DNA from: Spirogloea muscicola
Lineage: Eukaryota
Direction: 5' to 3'
NCBI GenBank assembly: GCA_009602725.1
Contig: WELB01000023.1
Location: 202,360 to 266,359 of the forward strand
Length of the DNA stretch: 64,000 nt
The notes below the pieces were generated by a model. That model ran no database searches and had not been told where the DNA came from. It saw nothing but the letters and a program-made list of their open reading frames with translations. Positions 1 to 12,981 of this stretch are shown in pieces (the first letter of the stretch is position 1; each line of letters starts with the position of its first letter). The position numbers and the translations under genes were made by a program.

Positions 1-64
1 CCCCCTCCCTCGCCCGCATTCTCACTCTCCCCGCCCGTCACTCCCATCTCCCAGCTCCCCTCCC

Positions 65-95
<31 letters not shown>

Positions 96-106
96 AGGCT
101 GTGGCC

Positions 107-1872
107 ATGGACGGCGCCGGCGCCCTTCGTCTGCCCCGCCGCATGGACGGGCCCTTTGCAGGTGCGCCGCCGCCGCCACATGCACGGCTTGCCCGGCCTC
201 TGAGCTGCCGCATGGGCGCCAGCGCCGCGGCAGCCCTGGGAGCGGGTGTCGCGGCTGTGCGAGCTGCCAATGGTCCTTGCAGGTCGGCCTCGGTCCGCGG
301 CTGGCCTTGGGCAGTCCGTGGTTCCGGTCGGCGCTTTGGACTGTGAAGCACTGGGCCGCTCTGACGGTTAGAACATGGCTATCAAGGCTGGCTTAGCAGC
401 TCCGGCAATGAGTCTACGAGGCAGCGTCCTGTCCAGGGGGGGCTTGCTTGTGCGGATGCCGCATGAGGATGAGGCTGACGAGCTTGCTGTTGCTATAGTA
501 GTGCTCAGCATGGTGGAAGCCATGCCAGCAAGCTGATAGCTTGGCCGCTTGCTGACATACTGGGAGCTGCCTCTGCAGGCTCTGTCGGCTCACCAATGGC
601 CCAGGCGGCCGCCGCTGTTGGCGGCCAGCTGAAGCAGCACGCTGCGACAGTCGCCGGCGCTGCCGCTGTCATGGCTGGCGACCTTGCACGCCACCATGGC
701 CATGACAACTGGTACTTTACCATGCAGATCATCGTCTGTGTCACCGCAGCGTAAGTGCTCACGCTCTGACCGGCTCCTTGACTTTAGGATTCTTCCTAGA
801 AATGGTGCCGGGTTTCGCACAAGAGAAGGCATGCCATGATTATTGCAAGACTGCTTCTGCCCCTGCCCGTATTTTGCAGATGAGCCTTATTATCAGGGCC
901 AAGTTGCCGAAGATTAATGTGACAACTCCTCTATCAGCAGTGCTGGCACTAGTCGTGATAGCAAGCAGAGGAGGTGTGCAAGTCAGCATGCAGAATGCGA
1001 GGATTTTACTTCCTCCATTTTGACGGCCTTCTTGCTTTTCGCATTTGGTTCACCTTGCAGATTCTTGCTGTTTGTCGACCGCACCCACTGGCGCTCGGAC
1101 ATGCTGACTGCGCTGCTCGTCCCCGTCATCTTCCTCACACTCCCCCACCATGCCGTTCACTGGCTCAGGTATACATAAATTTGGTGTTGAGCTCTTTGTA
1201 AATTTCCTCCAATACGATATTGATAAGTGGAAAGAGTCTATGCAAGATCTCATGTGACGACTGTTTCCCTGTTGCTAACAAGCCATCTCGTGTGTTACTC
1301 CTGGGCCTTTGTGTATTCATCTCAAAGGTCTTGCTTGCTGTATGAGCAGGGGCGAGCCAGGACATTGGATCGCATTCATCTGCACAGTTATCTGGCTATT
1401 CATTCCACAAACTGTTCCACGCGATTGGCTTTGTAAGTCAAGCTGGGATGACACTAGCCATAACTTCCCATCACTTCCTGACATTTACAGCTTGTACATA
1501 TGTACACACGAATTGAAGTAGACATGGTTTGTTCTGGCATCAGGACGAGATGAAATCCAGTCATAATCGTCTATCATTGCTCGAAAAAGCTGCTTAACTG
1601 TTTCGTTGCTGTGTACAGTGCATGGGGAGCTGCCATACGTGCTCCTCATCCTCCTCATCATTTCGCCAAGCAAGGTGATGGAGCTCCGTAACACGCCATA
1701 TGGTATTGTCATCATCTTCCTCGTTGGCGTGTATCTCTTCTATGAGCACATCGTCGCATCAGAGGGCGTGCGCAATGCATTCAACAACCAGCGGGCAGCT
1801 ATCTCCATCGCACTCACCATCCTCCTCATTGTGCCTGCCATCATGCTCGGCCACTCTCTGTCCTGGTACTGA
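107..1872 (+). CDS. COR413: COR413/WCOR413-family cold-acclimation membrane protein (about 5 exons)
   Basis: Spliced exons (~107-161, 579-750, 1061-1168, 1350-1432, 1619-1872) give FLLFVDRTHWRSDMLTALLVP..GEPGHWIAF..GELP..LFYEHIVASEGVRNAF. This matches the COR413 motifs LDRTNWKTNMLTSLL, GE.G.WIAF and QEHIRASGGFRNAF. Junctions are GT-AG. Confidence 0.85.
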
Positions 1873-2600
1873 GGTACTGGTCGTTTGGTATCCTCGAAGG
1901 ATAACAAAAGGACCAAGGATGCTCTTGTCAAAGGGCTTTGACTGCTGCAGCAATTTGCACACAGTTGTTAAGGCTTTGTCATCGTGATTGCTGTTATTGC
2001 TAGGTTCAGATTTGCCATTGCGAAGCAGTGTTTCCTACAAACTCTTGCTCGTTAAATTTTGACCACTACAATCCGGGAGACCTGGGAAATCCGGTCTCCT
2101 GGTAAAGAGTGTACATCCTTGCGGACTATAAATAGACTTCATTTGTAATACGTACTTGCTTGGTGTTCTGAGTTCGTGTCAAGGTTGTGAGTGTTGGAAT
2201 GATAAGCTTTTGCTACAAACATAGCGAAGTCCTGGCTCACGAAAAATACTGTGATAGTAGCAAATTCAAATCTGCTGGGTGTAGTACTGCATTAAGTCAT
2301 ATGATGCCGGTGTTATGGTGCCACGGCCACAGCTGCAAGAGGATGGTGGAAGTACGCCAGCAATTGCAACATCTTTTTGCGACATTCAGAAACTACTGCG
2401 TGGAGATGTTGGTTACTAGGCGAAGTCCAATGCATCAAACATGAAGTTCAAAGTAGCAGCCCAGGATTCTAGAACCTCTTTCAAAGTGCAGCATACAACC
2501 TAAAATGTTCCCCTCAGTGCCAGAAGCAGGTACAAGGTAAGTACAGTGGCTTGTTGTCAATCGAAACTAGTCAAGACGTTATTTAAAAGGAGCAAAAACA

Positions 2601-4034
2601 TCATGATTTGTCGTGTGAAAACAGTCTCCGCGAATTCAATGTGGCGGCCTCAACCACCGCTTCGATGGGCCTGCCTTGCAGCTCGGCTACCTTAAGTGCC
2701 ACATATGGCAGGAAGGAGGGTTCGTTGTTCCGCCGCTTGCGTTGCTCTGGCGTGAGTGCTTGCTTGGGAATATTGCGGGGGATGAGGAATGGCGCGTCAG
2801 TCTCCAGTAGCAAGCGGTCTAGCGGGAGGTATGGGATGGCAGCCTGAAGGTCCTGTCCGCGACGCTCATCACACACCCAGCCCGTTATTCCGATGTAAAG
2901 GCCGAGACTCAGGTACCGCTGCATTTCCTGCCCATCACAATATGACCAGGGCTGTATCAGCAATTAATCGTGCAACTGCTAAGCTAAAATCTCACCATTC
3001 CGTGTGCTTCCTAAGACACACCACGTGACCTCCTAGCAAGGAGAGGACAGATTGAGGCGGACCCCTTCAGACCGGCACTACTAGTTCCGCTTGTCAAGCT
3101 CCGCTACAGTCAGCAGTCTTGGTGTTGCTTGCTTCCAGGTAACGGCACTTCACAGTGGTCTGACCTCTAAGCTGCCGGTGAAGCAGTGGAGGACACCACG
3201 GAGCTGCGGGGCGTGTGGCTCGAGCAGCTCCACTAGCCTTTTGTGCGCACTCCGCTCGTGGAGAAAGAGCGGCAAGCCTGTGTGCAGCGCCAGCTGAATG
3301 TGCGCCGCAAAGGCTGCCTCCTGAGGACCAGACACACCGGCAATGTCAGCACTAAGATGAGCGAGTCTCTGTCCTAGACTATTGAAGTACTTCTATAACA
3401 AACTCCTCTATGCACCTGGTCCGCTGGAGTGCTGAAGTTGCGATCAAAGTCCAGGCCGCACTCGCCGACGGCGCGCACGAGCTTCGGTTCCGCCTCGATC
3501 AGGAGCTCGAGTTCACGCAGGCTTGCCCCCAGCCCATGTTTCACGGCCTCGCCTGAGTCGTGCGGGTGGATGCCAGCCGTGCAGAGCAGGGCCACCCCGG
3601 TCTCTGCCTCCCGGTTGCTCTGAGTCAGAAGGGGCGTTGTCCTCCCAACCTCGTCAGTTGCACTATATAGACTGCCCTCTGAGTGAGACTACCTCCTGTT
3701 GCCAAGAGCAGCACGACTGACTGAGATCTGTTACTGCAGTTGCACTTGTGGGGGAGCCAGCACAAAAGCGGTTCAACATCCCAACCAGCTGCCGCACCTT
3801 GCAGAGTTGGAGCGCCTGGCGGCTGCTCTGTACAGAGGTGCCTGTGACCATGAGCTCCCGCACGCCGGCCTTGGCGGCGCGCTGCAGGACGTCCGCCAGG
3901 TGGGGCCGCAGCGAGTCGTGCCCGAGGTTTGCGCCAATGTCGAAGAGCCCCAGCGGCATGGCTGCCAAGCTCGGCGTGCCGCCACCTCCGGCCAGAGCTG
4001 CGTCGGCGCAGCGGTCCGCGGTCGTCGTCGTCAT
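2601..4034 (-). CDS. tatD: TatD-family nuclease, E. coli/proteobacterial TatD subtype, 4 exons; start uncertain (frame open to ~4364)
   Basis: Motifs [62 protein letters not shown] and NEP lie in exons separated by GT-AG introns. Confidence 0.93.
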
Positions 4035-4391
4035 GCTGGCTGACCGTGAGCTGGGTTCCTCGGCAGCCTCCGCCCCAGCCAGCCCTGCCGAAGCTGTCGC
4101 CTCGGCTGGCCTGGGCCCGCACCGGAAGCGCCAGCGGCTGCGGTAGCCGCGCCAAAGGCTACCAGGTGGTGCGCAGCTGCAAGGAAGCGGCCGCCAGAGA
4201 TGAGCCGAGCAGTCCGGAAGTAGCAGGGCTCGGCTGCCTGAGAGAGGCTCAGCAGACGGAATTCCCAGTTGAGGACATGTAAAAGGTGCGATTGTGATCC
4301 GAGGCCTGGGGTGACCCCTAGACCCAGAACCCTGCATCACAAATCCTCGGAGGATTTGATGCACTTAAAGTCCATGACTTCAATTAAAGAG

Positions 4392-5403
4392 TCAAACTGG
4401 ATGCTGGGTTTCTCTGTTACAACGGGGCTGAGCTAGCGCCGGTCTGCTGTGCTTTCCACTTCGCACCTCGTGCAGCGGCCACCGTGGCGCTCGAAGGAGG
4501 CTGGCCGGTGTGCCGCCGCCGCCGCCGCCGCTGCCGCCGCCGCCGCCGCCGTGATCCAGCGCCCCAGCAATCGCAGCCGGGGCCTCCCGATGGCTCATCT
4601 GGGCGCCACTGTCACGGGTTGCGGGGCTGCCAACATTGGCGGCCGTAACAGCAACCGAGGGCGAGGGCGGCAGCAACTGTGGGTGCGGAGTCACGTCAGC
4701 TGCGGTCGCGGTGGTGCTCGGGAGCTGCCCATGCGCCTTCTCCCGCGCCATGAACTGGTCCACGTGCACTGACGGCCGCCGCGCGCTGCATCCACAATAA
4801 CGTCGGGAGGTATAAGATCTGAGGCCTTAATGGCTTGCAATGCACTGTGCACTAAGGCCAACGAGAGCAGCAGAAGCAGCACAATCAAGGAGAAAAGCAA
4901 GCCCTCATGACGAGCACCCATGGTCTGCAACATGCATGCAACACCGACCTCGTGTTGGGCTTGCGCTGCCGGAACTCTGGCGGGCTGACCATGGCCGCAT
5001 GCTGAGGGCCAGCGGCTGAGGCTGAGGGCGTGGAGGCTGTGGCTCCGCCCGCAGTGGCAGCAGTCCCGCCAGAGCCGGCTCGCGGTAGCGGCAGCGGCTG
5101 CTGCTCCAGCGACCGCCCACCCTCCTTGCGCTTGCCGAGGCCGACCGCGTCAGCCTGGTGCTGCTCAGCTTCTGGAGAGGCCATCGGCACCGCAGCGCAC
5201 TCCCATGCCACCAGGTCCCCAGCCGGCATCAGCGGCACGCGCACGCTTGGCGGCGGCCATAGCTTGATGCGCTTGTCAGCCCTGGCCGCCAATGTTGCCT
5301 TGCTCGTTTCCGGTTGTGGTTCCTCGTCCTTGACCTCAAGCTTGGCCACGAGCTTGCCAGCTCCTTGTAGAATGTCGACAAGGTCATCCACTGCAGCCTT
5401 TGC
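4392..5403 (-). CDS. VIR: C-terminal part of a VIRILIZER-like m6A writer subunit; 5' portion absent (partial gene or pseudogene)
   Basis: Exon 5403-4950 ends WEC..KRK..FRQRKPNT. It splices (acgag|gtcggt..tgcag|cgcg) to SARRPSVHVDQFMAREK, matching the plant VIR motif FRQRKPNTSRPPS.HVD..ARE. Confidence 0.7.
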
Positions 5404-5679
5404 CTGCCACAGAGGACAAGTAGCAACAGTGTCAGCTGCGCTTAGCAAGCTCTAATTCCACGTTTCAGAGCATGCTCTTGGCAATCATAGACAATGCTCG
5501 CCAGTGCAAGGCGCTGCGTTTCCACGTCAAGACGTGCAACATATTCCTCCTCTCCTTCCAAACATGTCTTATAAGAGCCAGAAAGACGTGTAACACAGTA
5601 AGGAGAGGTGGAAATACATAAAAGTAAGCAGGCAGAACAACTGGTAGGCCATTTACAACCTGCTGCCAAGCCTGCCGCN

Positions 5680-6012
5680 TGCCCCCCCGACTTCGACGAC
5701 GCGCATCAACCAGCCGGGCCAGATGCTGGATCAGGGAGGACCATTTCACGCCGTAGCCTCCATAGATATCCATGTAAAGATGGTCCCCTCGAGGATGATC
5801 ATGGTAGTGCCGCTCCTTCTTGCGCTCCGCGCTGGACGTGGCCCAGCCAGACACGGTTGACGTTGGTGCGCCAGCCTTGCATGCGTCGATCAGTACCACG
5901 TCCAAGAGCAGACGAGGCCCACCGCCCCGCGGGGTAGCGACCACGTCCAGACGCCGCACGTATGGCTTGCCGCGCCTTGAGGAGATTGGCATGATCCCAG
6001 ACACCTCCATCG
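5680..6012 (-). mobile_element. Truncated CRE-like non-LTR retrotransposon, endonuclease region
   Basis: GIMPI..RRLDVV..LLLDVVLID..AERKKERHY..DIYGGYG is homologous to the REL domains at 15143-15791 and 33167-33841. It breaks off at the single N at 5679. Confidence 0.85.
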
Positions 6013-6020
6013 CCGGATAA

Positions 6021-6136
6021 AGAAGAGAGAGAGAAGGCGCGCGGGGCGCATGAATTGAAAGGGAGGCCAATTCAAGCCAATACATTGTTCAGGCAGAGTC
6101 GAGTGCAGACTAAACAATGAATGCTACATAATACGG
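6021..6136 (-). repeat. Retroelement 3' tail, family C (ends gcgccttctctctc)
   Basis: Near-identical to 29547-29650, 40566-40630 and 12563-12617. A diverged copy lies at 12330-12410. Confidence 0.9.
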
Positions 6137-6745
6137 AAGAGCGAGAGTCATCAGCCGCAAGACCGGGTGGCAGCCCACTCAGCGGGGCCGGGCCGACGAC
6201 TCGCGCCACTGGGCGGATGACCGCCTCGCTCCCGTTGGGGGCCGGGCCGAGACGTCGTGGGCCGCCCCAGTCGCGCGCGCCCGTTTCGAACGCCCTTCAA
6301 CGGGCAGCATCCTTCCCTTCACGGGCCGCCGCCGTGCTCCGCCCGCCATCTCCGCCCGCAGCCCGTCGCCCCACTGCGCCCCGCGCCTCGCCGGCCAGCC
6401 TCCCTCTTCCCGGGCTGAGCTTGCTGGCTGACGCCACTGCCCTCAAGCACCCCCCTGGGAAGCCGCCGCTGGCGCCGCCGCTTTGTCCTCGCCGCGGCCT
6501 CTCGCAGAGCCCTTTCTGAAGCTGGATCGCGGAGAGCCGACCTTTGGCTACGGCGCTGCTGCCGTCGGACCGCGTTTGCCTGCCCGAAGGCGTCAGGCAT
6601 GCGTTGTTGGGCTTGAGTAGCGCAAGACGGTACTCGCGTCGTTCACAGAGGGCAGCTTTGGTATTCTGCAGCGGCCCGCGGAGAGTGTCAGCGGTTCGGG
6701 GTTTACGTGGTGGAGGTCCTGTCCTCCGGGCAGCGTTAGAGCAGG

Positions 6746-9700
6746 ATGAAGATCGTGGAGAAGGTCAAGGCGGCCTATGCGGAGGACCGCACCATCTTTT
6801 CGTTCGAGTACTTCCCGCCAAAGACGCAGGAGGGCGTGGAGAACCTGTTTGACAGGATGGACAGGATGGCCGCGCAGCAGCCAGCTTTCTGTGATATCAC
6901 CTGGGGAGCTGGAGGTTCTACGGCCGACCTTACTCTGGATATTGCCACAAAGATGCAAAATATGGTGAGCTGAATTACCGCCTGCTGCAGTGTCATAAGT
7001 ATGGCGTGCGAGGACAAAGCGGCGGCGACGCGGTGCATATCTTGCATATGTTGCTGTGATTTACACCGTGTGTTCCTATATCTGACTTTTTCCCTGCATG
7101 TCGCAGGTGTGTGTAGAGACTTCTATGCACCTCACCTGCACCAACATGCCAGCCGAGAGAATAGATTCGGCACTTGACAAAGTGAAGACCGCAGGCATTC
7201 AGAATATCCTCGCTTTGAGAGGGGATCCTCCCCATGGTCAGGAGAAGTTTGTACAAACAGATGGAGGATTTTCGTGTGCTTTGGACCTGGTATGTTGTTG
7301 GCTGCAGCTCGTGACTGTGAGGTAGCAGGAGCTTGTGAGACTAGTCAGACTTGTGGCTACTGGCAGATGCATAGAGAGTGCAGGTTGGCAGTGCAATCTC
7401 ACGGGATGTCCCATTGAGTATCACCTTAATCTTGAACCCCTGATACAGTGCTTGGTCCATCTAATATTACCCAGGTTTCTGCTAAGAAGACAGTACGTCT
7501 TTAGTGGATCTTCTTGTAAGAAGCCTCCATTGATCTGAATTGATGTACTTTCTTTGTGACTTTGTGTATTTGTCATTCCATGTAAGTGCAGGTGAAGCAT
7601 ATCAAGTCCACTCATGGTGACTACTTTGGGATTGCAGTTGCTGGATATCCTGGTCAGTTGCTGAAATGAATGACACCACACTTAAGAAGAGCTGGTCATG
7701 CGGACAGGTCATTCTGCAAGGACACATGATGCATAAACTACCTTCTTTGGTTGCAAGAGCCATGTATTTACAACAGGAGCAGGTACAATCGAAATGACCT
7801 GTCAAGGAGAGAGAGGTGAATAAGCTTCAAGTCGTTTGCTGTGCTCAGAGGCTCACCCGGACGCAATAAGTACTGATGGCGCAACTAATGAGGAGTATGA
7901 GAAGGATCTGAAGTACCTCAAGGAGAAGGTATAGTTGCGATACACAGCTTCTGTCAGCCAGCATATGTGAGGCATAACCAGCAGTACTGCAAGCAGGGGT
8001 CCGCAAAGACAAGATGGATTTGGAGGCTTGTGTACACAGGCAATTTGAAAGCACACTTGTTGAGCATCTCATCAGGGGGCGCATATTGACATAATAGCAC
8101 CAGGATCATAGGAAATGAGGATAGTCAGTAGAAATTTCGAAAATAGTCATCCACAATGATCTCTTTTAGACGCCCCATGCCCTGCACTCCTTCATATTCG
8201 TCGTCTGCTGCAACTCATACAGCATCTGAAGTCAACAGGCTATTTGCTGTTACTCTTTCTCCTCATGTGCAGGTGGATGCAGGTGGGGAGCTCATCATAA
8301 CACAGCTTTTCTATGACGTGGACATATTTCTCAAATTCGTGACAGATTGTAGGCGTATGGGGATTGATGTTCCCATAGTACCTGGTATCATGCCGATTGG
8401 CAATTACAATGGTTTCAAGCGTATGACAGGGTTTTGCAAGACAAAGGTATGTGTCGACATGCCTGTTCAAGTGAATGCCCCATTGTTGTCAATTTTGAAG
8501 TTGGGAAAAGCTTGCTGACGGGCTTGCATAATACACTAGTATCCTGCTAAGTAGAATGCATACATAGGTAAAACCTGGTAGTCTTGCAGATAGGCCTTTC
8601 CATGTCGGAAGAGCGTGCTGACGGGCTTGCATACCTCACCAATGTCCTGCTAACTAGCATCTATACACTAGTCTCTTCTGATGGTCTCACTTGTAGGCTG
8701 TGTTTGCAACAGCAGTCAATAATGCTTGATAAGCTGCTCAAGCAGCTGATGCATCTCTGTACCAAATCTCCTGCACATGAACATCATGAAGTGTCTCTGG
8801 TGTAACTTGGCTTGCCTCATCTTGATATGTTCGAGTGAGGTTTGTTGCAGGTGCCAGCCCATATTCTGGAAGCTCTGGAGCCCATCAAGGAAAACGATGA
8901 GGCTGTTAAAGCTTATGGCATTCATCTTGGTATCCAGATGTGCCGTAGATTGATAGACAGTGGCATTCGCACCCTGCACCTTTACACTCTAAATTTGGAG
9001 AAGTCCTCCTTGAGCATCTTGCAGGTGACCAATCAGTCCTTTTGAGCATGTCCTCTTGAGCATGACCTAACTCCTTGTGACTCACTATGTTATAGCCCCG
9101 TCGGACGACCTGCATCCCAGGGAGGCTGATATGTATGTTCACAGTGTCATCTGACAGATGAGCAAATGAGCAACATGGTCACTCTTTTCTGTCTGCTATT
9201 GTTGTTACACATCTATATATGGGTCAGGGCATTGGCACTAGCCTGTCCGTTGATCATGCCTGTCCATTTGTATGTTGTTCAACTCTCCAGGGCCTTGGGC
9301 TGATTGATGGAACCAGCATGCCTAGATCTTTGCCGTGGAGGCAATCTGCTAACATTAGGCGGTCGCTTGAGAATGTCAGACCTATTCATTGGTATGCCTG
9401 TATTTAAAGAGCTTGTATGTGAGTGCTTATCTGCAAAAGTTAGCAGCTGGCAGTAACAGCAACTGTTGCACGATGAATCAAGCAAGCAGATTCAACTAGA
9501 TTGCTTCAAGTTATCAGCCGAACAGAGGAGCTAATTGCAGAAACAAAAGCGTGCAGGGCAAATCGGCCACGAAGTTACATCTCACGAACAACAGACTGGG
9601 ATCAATTTCCTAAGGGTCGATGGGGTGATTCCCGCAGCCCTGCGTATGGTGATTTGTCCGACTATCAGGTAAAGCATCCCAGAAATATGGGATAACTAAA

Positions 9701-11369
9701 GGGGTGATGTTCAGTGTGAAGTGTCTGGCTGAGGCAAGCAGCATCTCTTGTTCTCCATGCATGTCCTCAATGTCAATGTTGTGAGCAGAGACTTGATGCA
9801 GGGCTTCCTGCTCAAACAAGCTCCAATGATCAATTAGCGCTGACAACATTTCATTGCGCAAATGCTTGCGTTCATTATGATGTGGCAGTTCTTGAGGAGG
9901 AGGTCTAGAAGCAGCAAGCTGCAAGAGGAGTGGGGAGCTAATATAGGCTCCGTCGAAGATGTGCAAAAGGTAACTGCATGTATGTACTGACATCCCTTCC
10001 TTCTCACATTCAAGGACGTCATAAGCTTAATAGCATGCAGGGGCAATCGACACGTACTTATACGTGCATTGACTAAGTTTCTATTGTTGGTGCCCTATGC
10101 TTGCAGCTATTTGCAGATTACTGCGCAGGGAGGCTCACGACGTGTCCTTGGTCAGAACTTGAAGGGCTCCAGCCGGAGACTGAAATGATCAATGAGAGAC
10201 TTGTGGCCATCAATCTGAAGGGCTTCCTGACCATCAATTCTCAACCGCCTGTCAACGGGGAGCCTTCCTCATCTCCTGCTGTTGGTGAGAGCGTCTGCCA
10301 TGCATCACGTTCTTTTTCACGTCATCTCCTATTTGGCTCTCTCACTGGGGTAGATACTGCTGATGAGATGGTGATCTAGTTGATTTTGTGGAGAAGGACG
10401 TAGCCTGCCAGCTGCTTATGCTAGATTGTGTGGCTTGCAAACAGGTTGGGGTGGACCTGGTGGTTATGTCTACCAGAAGGCATATGTCGAATTCTTCTGT
10501 TCGATTGAGCAATTGCAGGTGTGTGTTTCTACGCAACTGGTTTACACCTCAGATTATAGTAGATACATGAGTGACGTTAGCTGCAGTCATCTTCTACTGT
10601 TGCTGATCATATGATAAGCAAATGTTTTGCACTCTGCAACCTTGCAAGCACCATGTTGGTAGTAATGTCCGGTCCAATGTAGATTGATCATACTTGCTCG
10701 AATCGAATACTGAGTGCTATTTGTTGTTTGCAGGCAATGATAAGCAAGTTGAAAGACTTTCCCTCCCTCACCTACATGGCTGTCAATGCTGCGGGGGATG
10801 TGAAGTCCAATGTTGGTCCAAGGAGCGTCAATGCTGTGACTTGGGGAGTTTTCCCAGCCAAGGAGGTAGTGCAGCCAAGCGTGGTGGATCCAGTCAGCTT
10901 CCTGGTGTGGAAGGAGGAGGCTTTTGGCGTGTGGCAGGCAGAGTGGGGCCAGCTGTTCCCTGAGGACAGCCCATCAAAGAAGCTTCTCACAGAGGTGTGT
11001 TCATGGTCTTATTAAACATGATACTCTGCACGTGGTGACCTAGGCGGACGTTCTGCACCATTTGCTGCAATTTTGACTGAGGTGTCCTGTGAATTGAAGC
11101 ACGCTATTGCTTGCTCTGATTTTTAAATCCTACTTCAACTAGCTTGTATGTACAGCACCGCTTGAAGCACAGAGCAGCATCCAAGTAGGAAGCGTCATTC
11201 CTGCAAACATATCATGCAGTTACTTGGATATCATCAAGCTGTTTTGTAGAGCCCAGTTTTGATTGCAAAATCTTGCATTTTACAGATACACGATACCTTT
11301 TACCTTGTGAGCATTGTGGATAACGACTACATTCGTGGCGACCTATTTGCAATATTTCAGGATTTGTGA
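6746..11369 (+). CDS. MTHFR: Methylenetetrahydrofolate reductase (multi-exon)
   Basis: [106 protein letters not shown]. Ends [17 protein letters not shown]. Confidence 0.97.
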
Positions 11370-11749
11370 TTTTCAAGGTGCTCGCAATCAGCTGATTTCT
11401 GTTTGTTCACATCGTGGAGCACCATGAAAGTGCTTCTACTTTCTTGCACACTGCGGGTGACGCCCCAACTGATACCTTTTTAATCTCAGAGTCTGCAAGG
11501 CTCCCTGCTTGTACTCAATAGAGCTCTGATCAACACAGCTGTCTGATAGCTGCTCTGCACCAGAGCCAGAGTCATATTGTTTGCCCCTGAGTCAGCATAA
11601 GCTTGACAGCGACAGGAATGGATCCAGGGCAGCCGTGACTGTTGCTCACAGGGGGCACATAATTGAATCTATTGACGAGGTGTTGCGGACGCAATGCTTC
11701 CAAAATTTTCCCTTCAGCTAGTGCATGGAAGTTTTAAGAGGATGACCTT

Positions 11750-12620
11750 GGGGCTTCTCCCTTTTTCAGACCTTGTCCATTCTCAGCACCACCCTTTGTG
11801 GAGAAGCACCTTCTCGACAGAGACAGCCCTGGTTGTCCATTCTTTTTGGGCTGTTCACAGCCACAGCCTCCTGTTTGTTTGGAGGACTTCTCAAAAATGG
11901 TCTGTGTCGTGACCCACCACATTCAATCGGCAAGGTGGTGCCTTCAGGCGAGCAGGAAGTGGCTGCAATTATTCATATAAGTGGTGGCGGACAAGTGGCT
12001 GCGTGTTATATGAAACGCAGCCAAGCGCATACCCAGGGACTCTTACATAGCCTGGGCATGCTGGGCAGTTGAGAGCCCCAGTACCCCAGTGTCACTCGTT
12101 GGAAACAGATGCGCTGATTGAAGTAAGAGGTACACCGCTGCCAGAGGTTGCTGCAAGGGCTAGGAAAAACTAGAAGAAGAAGGATGCGGCTGCTGATACT
12201 GAAAGAGCGGCTGTGAAAGCCAGCCAGGTTTATACTGAGGGTTATCATGACAATATTAGCGGAGCCACAGGCTAGGCAGACAAGGCCCTCTTTTAAGAAT
12301 TGTAAATCAAGGAGGGTGAGGAACAAAAGAAGAGAGATGGTGCACGGTGCGCATGTAATGAAAGGGTGGCCAATGCAAGCAACATTGTTCAGGCAAAAGC
12401 TAGTGCAAGAAGTGGGGCTACGATAAACGAAGACCTAGAACAAGGTGGTTAAGGTGCCAGTGTGACGTTAGTACCCAGGGGTGAGCACATACAAGAGAAG
12501 AAACAACACAAACCCAACAGGCGAGATTGGGGAGCCGGAGCGCCGCCACGAAGCGGGTGGTAAAGAGAGAGAAGGCGCGCGGTGCGCATGAAATTGAAAG
12601 GGAGGCCAATTCTAGCCTTA
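11750..12620. mobile_element. Cluster of decayed retroelement 3' ends
   Basis: Core motif at 11773 and 11833 (+). Tail 12170-12230 (-) resembles 15845-15930. On the minus strand LYVLTPGY* (stop 12470-12468) is followed by a diverged C tail. A further C tail lies at 12563-12617. Confidence 0.75.
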
Positions 12621-12981
12621 CAAATGTCATTTTAACTGGGTAATGAGCTGGCTAAGGGGGACACTAATATCCCCGAGTAAGCACATGCATATCTGACAAG
12701 CTACATTGAGGAGCCAAACCACCACCACGGAAGCCATTAGCCTGAGCTAATGCACGACCAGCACGCTGGTGAATCGCGAGTGCTTGGGAGCGCAAAACAG
12801 AGGAGAATGCGGCACAGGGGGAGGTGGCCACGTCGTTTGGGTGGGCACCGTTCAGCGGTGTTCGCTATTGAGCTCCTTTCCCATCAAAGAGACGAGCCGA
12901 GCAAACACGGCGGACGGCAGCAAGCAGAACGGCGCAGAAAGGGAGCCGACGGTGATAGTGGCGACCACGCCACGTCTGGCC

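Noticed and set aside
66..95. (GCC/GGC)n tracts here and near many gene starts; (CCA)n at 30546-30594; (AG)n at 42342-42357
   Set aside because: Ordinary microsatellites of a GC-rich genome.
6021..6136. Repeat C as an snRNA, spliced-leader or other ncRNA gene
   Set aside because: Copies are variably 5'-truncated with a fixed 3' end, and a diverged copy follows a TPGY* ORF end, indicating a retroelement 3' UTR.
8513..8661. ~45-bp imperfect direct repeat in an MTHFR intron (also an 18-bp tandem at 16828-16865)
   Set aside because: Local intronic duplications with no effect on splice sites.
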